DNA of 32,000 nucleotides, taken from assembly GCA_003858585.1 (NCBI GenBank), contig RQZE01000004.1:126773-158772 (forward strand). The letters are read 5' to 3'. Under the pieces are notes generated by a model that saw only the letters and a program-made list of their open reading frames with translations, was not told the DNA's origin and made no database searches. The translations under genes and the position numbers were made by a program. The stretch is from Erysipelotrichaceae bacterium OH741_COT-311. GTDB lineage: Bacteria > Bacillota_I > Bacilli_A > Erysipelotrichales > Erysipelotrichaceae. Shown piece after piece: positions 8,933 to 16,843 of this stretch; position 1 is the stretch's first letter; each line of letters opens with the position of its first letter.

Positions 8933-9800
8933 GTGTGTTCTCCTTTACTTCATAGATAAATAATTCTTCAAAATTGATATTAATAACTTCTAATAAAAGA
9001 GGTTGAAATTGTTGGAGATACTCCATAACTTTTTCTTCATCTCCTTTAATTACAAAATTATATACTTTACCAATCATTTTCACATCAAGAATTTCTAAAT
9101 CCAGCTGATTGATATCCATAGTATCTTTAAACACCACTTGATATTTATTGATCTTACCTTTCGATTCCATAAGATCTCCACTTGTCTTGATATTTCCTCC
9201 ATCCAATAATCCATAACAATCACAAACATCTTCAAGCTCTTTTAAGTTATGAGATGAAATAATAATAATACGTTCTTCATCATAAATAATTTTCCCTAAT
9301 TCTTTTTTGAATTGAATACGAATTAACGGATCTAAACCATCAAATGCCTCATCTAAAATTAGAATCTTAAATTGAATACTTAACGCTAAAATTAAGAATA
9401 CTTGTCGTTTCATCCCTTTTGAAAAAGAATTAATACGTTTTTTAGGATCTAAACGAAAGAAAGCAACGTATTTATCAAATAAACCCATATCCAATTGATA
9501 AAACTGCCCATAAAAATATTTTAAAGACTGAATCGTTGCATTATTAGGATAATACAAATCATCTCCGATAAATAAAATATCTTTTTTGACTCTTGGATTA
9601 TCATACACTTGAGCATTATCCATTAAAATTTGTCCACTATCCAGCTTTAATATGCCGCTAATGCATCTCAACAATGTACTTTTACCTGCTCCATTAATAC
9701 CCACTAACCCAAACACACTTCCATCTCGAATGGTTAAATTCAAATCTTGTAAAACGGTTTTATCTTTAAAGCTTTTACTTACATTACGAATCTCAAGCAT
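8925..9800 (-). CDS. ABC transporter ATP-binding protein (ABC-2/YtrB-like)
   Basis: Walker A GINGAGKST, a degenerate signature FSKGMKRQ, Walker B ILILDEAFDGLD, and H-loop SSHNL. An extra ~80 aa C-terminal domain is present. Confidence 0.9.
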   Translation of the reverse strand: MLEIRNVSKSFKDKTVLQDLNLTIRDGSVFGLVGINGAGKSTLLRCISGILKLDSGQILMDNAQVYDNPRVKKDILFIGDDLYYPNNATIQSLKYFYGQFYQLDMGLFDKYVAFFRLDPKKRINSFSKGMKRQVFLILALSIQFKILILDEAFDGLDPLIRIQFKKELGKIIYDEERIIIISSHNLKELEDVCDCYGLLDGGNIKTSGDLMESKGKINKYQVVFKDTMDINQLDLEILDVKMIGKVYNFVIKGDEEKVMEYLQQFQPLLLEVININFEELFIYEVKENTHE

Positions 9801-10167
9801 TTAAATCCTCCTTTACGCATGTTTCTACAATATCAATCAACACTTCTTTTGACACTTCATTCTTTAGACATTTTTTTGTAATATACTTAAATTCATTCAA
9901 TGATTCTTCTACAATAAAATCATCTATATTATCATTCCTTGACACGAAAACTCCTTTTTTAGCCAACGTATATACAATCCCCTCCTCTTCCAATTCTTCA
10001 TATGCTTTGGCAACTGTATTAGGATTTATTCCTAAATCACTTGCAAGATTTCTGACAGAAGGTAATTTATCATCCGGCTTTAAGATATTTAATGCAATAA
10101 ATTGAATAATCTGTTTTTTTATTTGTATATAAATCGCATCTTTACTTTGAGGTTTAATTAAAAACAT
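9793..10167 (-). CDS. GntR-family transcriptional regulator, short YtrA subfamily
   Basis: 124 aa. Winged HTH KLPSVRNLASDLGINPNTVAKAYEELEEEGIVYTLAKKGVFV with only a short C-terminal extension. Its stop overlaps the ATPase start (ATGCTTGA). Confidence 0.9.
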   Translation of the reverse strand: MFLIKPQSKDAIYIQIKKQIIQFIALNILKPDDKLPSVRNLASDLGINPNTVAKAYEELEEEGIVYTLAKKGVFVSRNDNIDDFIVEESLNEFKYITKKCLKNEVSKEVLIDIVETCVKEDLNA

Positions 10168-10179
10168 AAGCCCTCCTTT

Positions 10180-10235
10180 CTGTATTAACTGTACTATTAA
10201 TGAACTTATTTGTCAATACTGTATTATCTGTATTA
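10180..10235 (-). promoter_or_regulatory. Candidate promoter (TTGACA-17-TACAGT) embedded in four direct CTGTATTA-type repeats (putative YtrA operator)
   Basis: Plus-strand repeats: CTGTATTA at 10180-10187, 10219-10226 and 10228-10235, and CTGTACTATTA at 10189-10199. Minus-strand -35 TTGACA is at 10216-10211 and -10 TACAGT at 10193-10188. The repeats come in two pairs, each with 9-bp register, flanking the core promoter. Confidence 0.45.
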
Positions 10236-10256
10236 AAAAAGAGTACCGAAGTACTC
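10233..10256 (-). terminator. Rho-independent terminator after ruvB
   Basis: On the minus strand, GAGTAC-ttcg-GTACTC (which overlaps the ruvB TGA) followed by TTTTTT. Confidence 0.7.
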
Positions 10257-11253
10257 AAAATAACTGTTCATTAGATGTAATGTTTAAATGTTGATATGCC
10301 TTTGCCGTTGCCACTCGACCACGAGCTGTACGATTAATAAACCCAATCTTTATTAGATAAGGTTCATAGACATCTTCTAACGTCATGGGCTCTTCACTAA
10401 TGGAAGTAGCAAGGGCTTCTAATCCTACCGGACCACCTTTAAAACGTTCAATAATACCCTTTAAATAACGAATATCCACATCATCTAACCCTAAATTATC
10501 TACTTTTAAACGATTTAATGCATTGGTTGCGATGTTTAAATCAATATAACCGTCATTTAACACTTGTGCAAAGTCACGGACACGTCGAAATAAACGATTG
10601 GCAATACGTGGTGTTCCTCTGGAACGTTTGGCAATTTCTTGAACTGCTTGACTATCCGTTTCTACCTGTAATACTTGACTGGTTCTACGAACAATCTTAG
10701 CTAATTCTTCTTCTGTATAATATTCTAACTTAGATACAATACCAAAACGATCACGCAAAGGAGCAGATAAATCACCCGCTCTAGTTGTAGCACCAACTAA
10801 AGTAAAAGGTGGTAAATCTAGACGAATGGAACGAACACTGGCATCCTTTCCAACTACAATATCGATAAAAAAATCTTCAATTGCAGGATATAAAACTTCT
10901 TCAACCACTTTAGGTATACGATGTATTTCATCAATAAACAAAACATCTCCAGCTTCAATCGTAGAAAGAATAGCAGCTAAGTCACCACTTTTCTCAATGC
11001 TTGGTCCTGAAACGGTTTTAATCTTGCCTCCCATTTCATTTGCAATAATATACGCTAATGTAGTTTTCCCCAATCCTGGAGGACCATATAAAAGAACATG
11101 ATCTAAGGTTTCTTTACGATTGAGTGCTGCTTGAATAAATATTTTTAAATTTTCTTTTAAAGCATCCTGACCAACATACTCATCTAGAGTGCTTGGTCGA
11201 AGACTTACTTCATCATCACTATTCATAAAATCTTCTTGTAATAATCTTTCCAT
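10255..11253 (-). CDS. ruvB: Holliday junction branch-migration helicase RuvB
   Basis: [12 protein letters not shown], Walker [10 protein letters not shown], Walker B LFIDEIHR, sensor TTRAG, and [10 protein letters not shown]. Confidence 0.97.
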   Translation of the reverse strand: MERLLQEDFMNSDDEVSLRPSTLDEYVGQDALKENLKIFIQAALNRKETLDHVLLYGPPGLGKTTLAYIIANEMGGKIKTVSGPSIEKSGDLAAILSTIEAGDVLFIDEIHRIPKVVEEVLYPAIEDFFIDIVVGKDASVRSIRLDLPPFTLVGATTRAGDLSAPLRDRFGIVSKLEYYTEEELAKIVRRTSQVLQVETDSQAVQEIAKRSRGTPRIANRLFRRVRDFAQVLNDGYIDLNIATNALNRLKVDNLGLDDVDIRYLKGIIERFKGGPVGLEALATSISEEPMTLEDVYEPYLIKIGFINRTARGRVATAKAYQHLNITSNEQLF

Positions 11254-11254
11254 A

Positions 11255-11833
11255 TTAACCTCGTTTCATCAGCATAAATTTTTGTAATGCTAATTTAACA
11301 TACTGTTCACTTGATAAACCCTCTTCTTTAGCAACTGACTTCATCACTTGATTAATTTCACTTTGTTTATAACCTAATGCTTTCAAGGCTTCTATTGCAT
11401 CTTGTAAAGCCGGATTTTTCATTGTTTCTTCTTTATGATCTTGAACCAATTTTCCCTTTAAATCCAAAATAATTTGTGAAGCTGTTTTATTTCCAATCCC
11501 TGGTAATTTCTTAATAGATGCTAAATCATTGGTTTCAATAGCAACTATAAAATCTTCTACACTTGTTACTTTTAAAATGTTAAGAGCTGTCTTTGGTCCA
11601 AGACCTTTCACCTGTATCAATTTCAAAAACAAATCGTGTTCTTGCAATGTTAAAAAACCAAATAAACTAATCTCATCTTCACGAACATGTTGATAGGTAA
11701 ACAATGTTACAGAAGCATTTAAAACTAAACTTTCCGGTTTATTAAAATGAACACGATAACCAATATTATTTACTTCAACAATTACATAATCTATGCCATA
11801 AGCATATACAATACCTTTTAAGTAAGCAATCAT
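11255..11833 (-). CDS. ruvA: Holliday junction DNA-binding protein RuvA
   Basis: MIAYLKG...GYRV N-terminal OB fold, HhH motifs [13 protein letters not shown] and [19 protein letters not shown], and a C-terminal domain ALKALGY. Confidence 0.93.
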   Translation of the reverse strand: MIAYLKGIVYAYGIDYVIVEVNNIGYRVHFNKPESLVLNASVTLFTYQHVREDEISLFGFLTLQEHDLFLKLIQVKGLGPKTALNILKVTSVEDFIVAIETNDLASIKKLPGIGNKTASQIILDLKGKLVQDHKEETMKNPALQDAIEALKALGYKQSEINQVMKSVAKEEGLSSEQYVKLALQKFMLMKRG

Positions 11834-11855
11834 TTTATCACCTAATATATTTTAA

Positions 11856-11881
11856 CATAAAAAGGGCTAAACTTAGCCCTT
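11856..11881 (-). terminator. Rho-independent terminator after obg
   Basis: On the minus strand, AAGGGCTAA-gt-TTAGCCCTT followed by TTTAT. The hairpin overlaps the obg stop codon. Confidence 0.7.
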
Positions 11882-13166
11882 ATTCTACAAATTCAAATCC
11901 ATAATTATTAATATAAACCATATCACCATCTAAGCATCCAGATTCTCTTAATTTATCATCAACCCCTAATTTCTTTAAACTATTAGCAAAACGTAATAAG
12001 CTTTCATCATTTTTTAAATCCGTCGCATTAAATAATTGTGTAATTCGATCTCCTTCAATACGCCATCTACCATTACCTTCATTAAAGACTTTAAACGGTG
12101 CTTCTTCAGGTGTAAATTTATATAAGACCCCTTTGCTTTCCACTTCTTTCGTTTCTGTATATAAAGGAAACTCCTCAGTAACTTCTAATAAATCAGCAAC
12201 ACGATATAAAACTGGTTGTAATCCTTCGTTAATGATTGTTGTCGTTGGAAAAATCTCTATATCTGGATATGCTTCTTTAAAACGTACAAGATTATCTTCA
12301 GAATTATCCAAATCCATTTTATTCGCAATCACAACTTGGGGACGCTCTAATAAACGATATTGATAATTACCTAATTCTTCATTGATAATTCGATAGTCTT
12401 CAAGTGGATCTCGACCATCATGTCCACCCATATCTATAACATGTATAATCACTCGACAGCGTTCAATATGCCTTAAAAATTGATGACCTAAACCTTTACC
12501 AAGACTTGCACCTTCAATAAGCCCAGGTAAATCAGCCATAACAAAGGAACGTCCATCACCAACGGATACCACGCCCAAGTTAGGTGTAATTGTTGTAAAG
12601 TGATAATCCGCTATTTCAGGTTTTGCTTTCGAAACTACAGATAATAAGGTAGATTTACCAACTGAAGGAAAGCCTACCAATCCAACGTCTGCCAATAATT
12701 TTAATTCAATTTGTACTTCAAGCTTTTCACCTAATTGTCCATTTTCCGCAAACTCAGGGGCACTATTTCTCCCACTAGCAAAATGATAGTTTCCTCTGCC
12801 ACCTTTTCCACCTTTAGCAACAATCACTTCTTGATTCACATGCACTAAGTCAGCCAAGATTTCATCCGTCAAAGCATTTTTCACAATAGTACCTTGTGGA
12901 ACTTTAATAATAATATCCTCTCCATCAGCACCATGCATTTTCTTCACTTTTCCATTCGATCCATTTTCTGCAACAATGAGACGATTATAACGTAAGTCTA
13001 ACAACGTAGATTTATTCGTATCAACTTTAAAGATAATTGATCCACCCTTACCACCATCTCCTCCATTAGGACCACCTAGTGGCACATATTTTTCACGACG
13101 AAAAGATACAATACCATTACCACCATCTCCTGCCTTGAGCTTAATTTTTACACGATCAATAAACAT
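11880..13166 (-). CDS. obg: GTPase Obg/CgtA
   Basis: Start taken at MFIDRVKIKLKAGDGGNG (ATG 13166, after AGGAGG). Gly-rich Obg fold, G1 GFPSVGKST, G3 DLPGLIEGA, G4 NKMD, and a C-terminal OCT/TGS-like domain. The longer track ORF would read through the upstream terminator hairpin. Confidence 0.95.
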   Translation of the reverse strand: MFIDRVKIKLKAGDGGNGIVSFRREKYVPLGGPNGGDGGKGGSIIFKVDTNKSTLLDLRYNRLIVAENGSNGKVKKMHGADGEDIIIKVPQGTIVKNALTDEILADLVHVNQEVIVAKGGKGGRGNYHFASGRNSAPEFAENGQLGEKLEVQIELKLLADVGLVGFPSVGKSTLLSVVSKAKPEIADYHFTTITPNLGVVSVGDGRSFVMADLPGLIEGASLGKGLGHQFLRHIERCRVIIHVIDMGGHDGRDPLEDYRIINEELGNYQYRLLERPQVVIANKMDLDNSEDNLVRFKEAYPDIEIFPTTTIINEGLQPVLYRVADLLEVTEEFPLYTETKEVESKGVLYKFTPEEAPFKVFNEGNGRWRIEGDRITQLFNATDLKNDESLLRFANSLKKLGVDDKLRESGCLDGDMVYINNYGFEFVE

Positions 13167-13181
13167 ACAATACCTCCTTTC

Positions 13182-13208
13182 TATATAAAAATCCCCTTTT
13201 GGGGATTT
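13182..13208 (-). terminator. Hairpin with U-tract between rpmA and obg (terminator or attenuator)
   Basis: On the minus strand, AAATCCCC-aaaa-GGGGATTT followed by TTATAT. It starts 3 nt after the rpmA stop and ends about 15 nt before the obg ATG. Confidence 0.6.
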
Positions 13209-13210
13209 CA

Positions 13211-13495
13211 TTATGCTGCCGGATAAACAGAAACTTTTTTCTTATCTTTTCCTAAACGTTCAAACTTAACAATACCATCAATTAATGCAAATAAAGTATC
13301 ATCCCCGCCACGACCAACATTAGTACCAGGATGCATTTTAGTTCCACGTTGACGGTATAAAATTGAACCAGCTGTCGCAAATTCTCCATCTGCTCTTTTA
13401 GAACCTAATCGCTTTGAGTGAGAGTCACGACCATTTTTTGTCGAACCTACCCCTTTTTTAGAAGCGAAAAATTGAATGTCTAATCTAAACTTCAT
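13211..13495 (-). CDS. rpmA: 50S ribosomal protein L27 (with N-terminal propeptide)
   Basis: [25 protein letters not shown]... is the Firmicutes L27 form, with the cleavable extension ending FF|ASKKG. Confidence 0.97.
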   Translation of the reverse strand: MKFRLDIQFFASKKGVGSTKNGRDSHSKRLGSKRADGEFATAGSILYRQRGTKMHPGTNVGRGGDDTLFALIDGIVKFERLGKDKKKVSVYPAA

Positions 13496-13498
13496 ACT

Positions 13499-13813
13499 TC
13501 ATACCTCCATATTTCTAATTCTGATATACTCAGAATATACTTCTTGTATTGTTTTTAGTTGGATAACACCAACATTTAAAATTGTTTGTAATGTAACATG
13601 GTCAAGATCTTGAACAACACACTTCATTTCTTCTTTTGTTTCAATCATTTTCACTGGCATTTGATAAATATCCAACGCATTAAATAAACCAAAAATAATT
13701 GAGCTAACCCCTGCACAAACTACATCTTCATTCTTTCGTGCATAGTTGGCATGTCCCTTAACCGTTATTTCTTTGATTCTTCCTTGATAAGACTTAATTT
13801 CTACATCAATCAT
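13499..13813 (-). CDS. prp: Ribosomal-processing cysteine protease Prp (YsxB family)
   Basis: About 104 aa lying between rplU and rpmA, with the conserved GHANYARKNEDVVCAGVSSI (His/Cys dyad). Confidence 0.88.
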   Translation of the reverse strand: MIDVEIKSYQGRIKEITVKGHANYARKNEDVVCAGVSSIIFGLFNALDIYQMPVKMIETKEEMKCVVQDLDHVTLQTILNVGVIQLKTIQEVYSEYIRIRNMEV

Positions 13814-13815
13814 AA

Positions 13816-14127
13816 TTAAGCATTAATTGAAGTAACTGTTAACTTTGTATATGGTTGTCTATGTCCTTGTTTACGACGTGTAGAACCTTTTTTAGCTTTG
13901 TATTTGAAGATTAAGATTTTCTTCGCTTTACCTTGCTTTTCAACCTTACAAGTTACTTTAGCACCTTCAACATATGGTGTACCAATTTTTGTTGTAGCAT
14001 CAGAAACTAATACAACTTTATCAAATTCAACTTCTGTTCCTACTTCGACATCTAGTTTTTCAACAAAGATTTCTTGTCCTTTTTCAACACGTAATTGTTT
14101 TCCACCTGTTTCGATTACTGCGTACAT
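13816..14127 (-). CDS. rplU: 50S ribosomal protein L21
   Basis: [25 protein letters not shown]... with a basic C-terminal tail. The start is taken at ATG 14127, 6 nt after GGAGGTG. The track's GTG 14136 lies inside the SD. Confidence 0.95.
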   Translation of the reverse strand: MYAVIETGGKQLRVEKGQEIFVEKLDVEVGTEVEFDKVVLVSDATTKIGTPYVEGAKVTCKVEKQGKAKKILIFKYKAKKGSTRRKQGHRQPYTKLTVTSINA

Positions 14128-14136
14128 GCATCGCAC

Positions 14137-14232
14137 CTCCTTTTTCTATTTAATTAGACTCGCCAAATCAAGGTGGCTTATGCACTTATTACCTTACTTG
14201 AGCGGTTGCAAAAAACACAAAGTGCTTGCAAC
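14137..14232 (-). promoter_or_regulatory. Structured 5' leader of rplU-prp-rpmA (L21-leader-like)
   Basis: Two helices are readable on the minus strand. The first is GTTGCAA (14232-14226) with TTGCAAC (14211-14205). The second is an imperfect long helix, CGCTCAAGTAAGGT (14204-14191) with ACCTTGATTTGGCG (14174-14161). A conserved L21 leader is known upstream of rplU in low-GC Gram-positives, but I could not align this to its model. Confidence 0.45.
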
Positions 14233-14238
14233 AGATGT

Positions 14239-14267
14239 ATTTTAGCACAACTTGAACAAGAATGCAA
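14239..14267 (-). promoter_or_regulatory. Candidate sigma-A promoter for rplU operon (TTGCAT-17-TGcTAAAAT)
   Basis: On the minus strand, -35 TTGCAT (14267-14262), a 17-nt spacer ending in TGc, then -10 TAAAAT (14244-14239). Confidence 0.55.
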
Positions 14268-14271
14268 TTCA

Positions 14272-15462
14272 TTACTTGTTAACTTGTACATCTTTTCCTA
14301 ATAACACATAAATTACAAACGCCATAAAATATAAACCAATCGTTATCATAAATGGATAAATTACTCGAACATTATACAGGTATCCTGCAACCGTTGCCCC
14401 AATGATAGAGCCTAATGCCTTCATTGCATTATGCATACCAGTGGTAATGCCTTGTATATCTTCTTTGCTATAGAAGCTGGTACGTTCTTGAATCAAAGAA
14501 GCAAGCATCGTATCCATAGTCATAATTAAAATGACACTAACTATAAAAAAATGATACATGGTATAGTTTTGACTTAATAAAACTAAAATTCCTAAAATTA
14601 CACATAATAAATAAGCTATTTTCTTTTCAACATTTTTAGATTTAATCATTTCGATGGTAATAGTGCTATTAATTAAAATAGCTAAAAAACCAACAATTCC
14701 TCTTGAAATGCCATTTACTGCAGATGATACGCCTAAAGCATCAACCAGATAAAACCCAAAAGTTTGAGAAATACTTGTAGATGCAAATGTTAAAAGAAAT
14801 ACAGCAGTAAACTGTAAGATAAACACCTTATTTAGGTGATGATACATCTGCTTAAAACTATGAAATGGATTTATTTTGGATAACATTGATGTATGATCTT
14901 GAATTAATTCTACATTTTTTAAACAAAACAAAAACATCAATGCACAAAAAATCAATAAGGCAATTTGTAAATAAAAAGGCTTACGATAATCATGATTGCC
15001 TAAAATACCACCAATAAATTGCCCAAAGGTTCCCATCACCGTAAACGATGTTATTAAAATTGGAAGTCGTAGTTTACGTAGTGAAAGATCTGTAATTTTA
15101 ATTAAATAATAGATCGCTGTAATTAAGGTTGCACTTACAAAGAATCCTGAAACAAAACGACCAATTAATAAAACCGTTTGATCTTGTGCTATTAAAAAGA
15201 TATATTGACCAAATGCATAACCCAAACATCCAATAAACAATACAATTTTAGGTTGTATTCGTTCAATTAAACTCCCCCAAAATGGAGACATCAAAAAATT
15301 GGCTACTTGCATGACTGCAAAGGCTAAACCAAAGATATAATTAGGTAAAGACAATTGTTTTATTAAGGTTGGTGTAACAGGATGTGCTAAATTTGCAGCA
15401 ATACCTTCAATACCATAAATAAAAAGAAGAAGGTAAAAAGAAGAATTTATTTTTTTAAACAT
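14272..15462 (-). CDS. MFS transporter (12-TM type)
   Basis: 396 aa, uniformly hydrophobic with about 12 helices, and a GRFVSG-type loop 2-3 motif (LLIGRFVSGFF). The start overlaps the HAD stop (ATGTTTAA). Confidence 0.85.
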   Translation of the reverse strand: MFKKINSSFYLLLFIYGIEGIAANLAHPVTPTLIKQLSLPNYIFGLAFAVMQVANFLMSPFWGSLIERIQPKIVLFIGCLGYAFGQYIFLIAQDQTVLLIGRFVSGFFVSATLITAIYYLIKITDLSLRKLRLPILITSFTVMGTFGQFIGGILGNHDYRKPFYLQIALLIFCALMFLFCLKNVELIQDHTSMLSKINPFHSFKQMYHHLNKVFILQFTAVFLLTFASTSISQTFGFYLVDALGVSSAVNGISRGIVGFLAILINSTITIEMIKSKNVEKKIAYLLCVILGILVLLSQNYTMYHFFIVSVILIMTMDTMLASLIQERTSFYSKEDIQGITTGMHNAMKALGSIIGATVAGYLYNVRVIYPFMITIGLYFMAFVIYVLLGKDVQVNK

Positions 15463-16168
15463 CTTCTACCTCTCCATGTTCTAACTTCATCAATAAATCC
15501 TTTAAACTACCATAAAAATCTGCACGTACTTCTTTATTATGCTTATTAATGACATGATCCTTTACAATATAGGTAGTAACTCCTAACTCTTTAATAATTA
15601 AATCCTCATCCACATCATTACCAATCATAATACATTCCTTAGGATTTAATTGAAACTTATCGATAATTTCCTTAAAATATTTTATATTTGGTTTACAATA
15701 ATGATACTGTTCATACGTTGTTATTTCATTAAAATCTTCTTTTTTCAGATTCGCCCACTGCATTCTTCTTAGTGTTGCTTCTTTTGGAAACAATGGATTC
15801 GTTGCTAAAATAAGCATATAGCCTTTATTTTTAAACCATTGTACTATTTGATTCGCTGCTGGATTAATCGATGTATGATTTTGTACATCATCAAACTCCT
15901 TTTTGTAAAAGTCTAAAAATGTTTCTTCGACCTCTTCTTTTCGATAACCGCTAGCATTTACAAAGGCTTCCCAAAAGACTTCACAATTAGTAAATTGACC
16001 ATTATTATGCACCATAGCATAAATACCTTGTTGCATACCATTCATAATTCTTTTTGTATCAAACTCTTTTGAAAACTTAACCGTTAATAAATGAAAATAA
16101 CGCTTTACAAACTCTTCTTGGTCCATACTTAATAAAGTACCATCTAAATCAAATAATACAGCTTTCAT
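15455..16168 (-). CDS. HAD-superfamily hydrolase (subfamily IA-like)
   Basis: Motif I FDLDGTLL, motif II LILATN, motif III K..KP (YCKPNIKYF), and motif IV GNDVDED. Confidence 0.85.
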   Translation of the reverse strand: MKAVLFDLDGTLLSMDQEEFVKRYFHLLTVKFSKEFDTKRIMNGMQQGIYAMVHNNGQFTNCEVFWEAFVNASGYRKEEVEETFLDFYKKEFDDVQNHTSINPAANQIVQWFKNKGYMLILATNPLFPKEATLRRMQWANLKKEDFNEITTYEQYHYCKPNIKYFKEIIDKFQLNPKECIMIGNDVDEDLIIKELGVTTYIVKDHVINKHNKEVRADFYGSLKDLLMKLEHGEVEDV

Positions 16169-16176
16169 ACTTCCTC

Positions 16177-16764
16177 CTATATCACATCAACTTGTAAATT
16201 AGAAATATTATCCTTCAATGCAATATACGCATTTACAAATAATCTCGCTAATGTTTCTTGCTCAAACTTCATTTTATTACTTGACACTAACGTAGCAAGT
16301 CCGTGAGCATATATTAATAATTGTAAATACAATTTCTTTATCTCTTCAAAGGAAAGTTGTCGGTCAACCTGCTGTAGTAGATTTGCAAAAAAGTTTTTAG
16401 CTTGACTATTGAATACAAAATCAATAAAGGTAGCATACGAAAGATATCCGGAAAGATAAATAAATCGAAATACATTGGCTTCTTTCGATGCAAAATCAAC
16501 ATAAGCCAATCCTACATTAATCAAAGGATTTTCATAGATATATGGATAATTCAATAAATATTGACTAAAATAGTTATCCACATAACTACTTAAATCTTCT
16601 TTTAAAGCATTCATTGATTCATAATAGCGAAAAATAGGTTTTGTAGAGCACTGCATTTCTTTAGCAATGCTTCTGGCATTTAATGCATCAAACCCATCTT
16701 TACGTAATATAGATAACGAAGCCTCTAAAATATCTTCTTTTTGTATTTTTACTTGTGGTGACAT
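16177..16764 (-). CDS. TetR/AcrR-family transcriptional regulator
   Basis: N-terminal HTH ILEASLSILRKDGFDALNARSIAKEMQCSTKPIFRYYESMNALKEDL with an all-helical C-terminal domain. Confidence 0.9.
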   Translation of the reverse strand: MSPQVKIQKEDILEASLSILRKDGFDALNARSIAKEMQCSTKPIFRYYESMNALKEDLSSYVDNYFSQYLLNYPYIYENPLINVGLAYVDFASKEANVFRFIYLSGYLSYATFIDFVFNSQAKNFFANLLQQVDRQLSFEEIKKLYLQLLIYAHGLATLVSSNKMKFEQETLARLFVNAYIALKDNISNLQVDVI

Positions 16765-16774
16765 CTCTTTTCCT

Positions 16775-16822
16775 CTTATAAGCTTATAGGTTTATTATAA
16801 CTTATAAGATATATTTTGGATA
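16775..16822 (-). promoter_or_regulatory. Candidate promoter (-10 TATAAT) flanked by CTTATAAG palindromes (putative TetR operator)
   Basis: The self-complementary octamer CTTATAAG occurs at 16775-16782 and 16801-16808, with a degenerate copy CTTATAGG at 16783-16790. Minus-strand TATAAT at 16799-16794 lies between them. The -35 is weak (TATCCA, 16822-16817). Confidence 0.45.
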
Positions 16823-16843
16823 TTTAAAATGAAATCTCCTCTT

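Noticed and set aside
10518-12363. Plus-strand ORFs 10518-10700, 10826-11101 and 12133-12363
   Set aside because: They are antisense to ruvB and obg, both of which have complete diagnostic motifs.
13167-13211. 15-codon N-terminal extension of obg in the track ORF ([15 protein letters not shown]...)
   Set aside because: The extension is the translated terminator hairpin and SD. The conserved Obg N-terminus MF.D..K starts at ATG 13166, which has an AGGAGG RBS.
13898-14245. 115-aa plus-strand ORF
   Set aside because: It is antisense to rplU and its structured leader and promoter.
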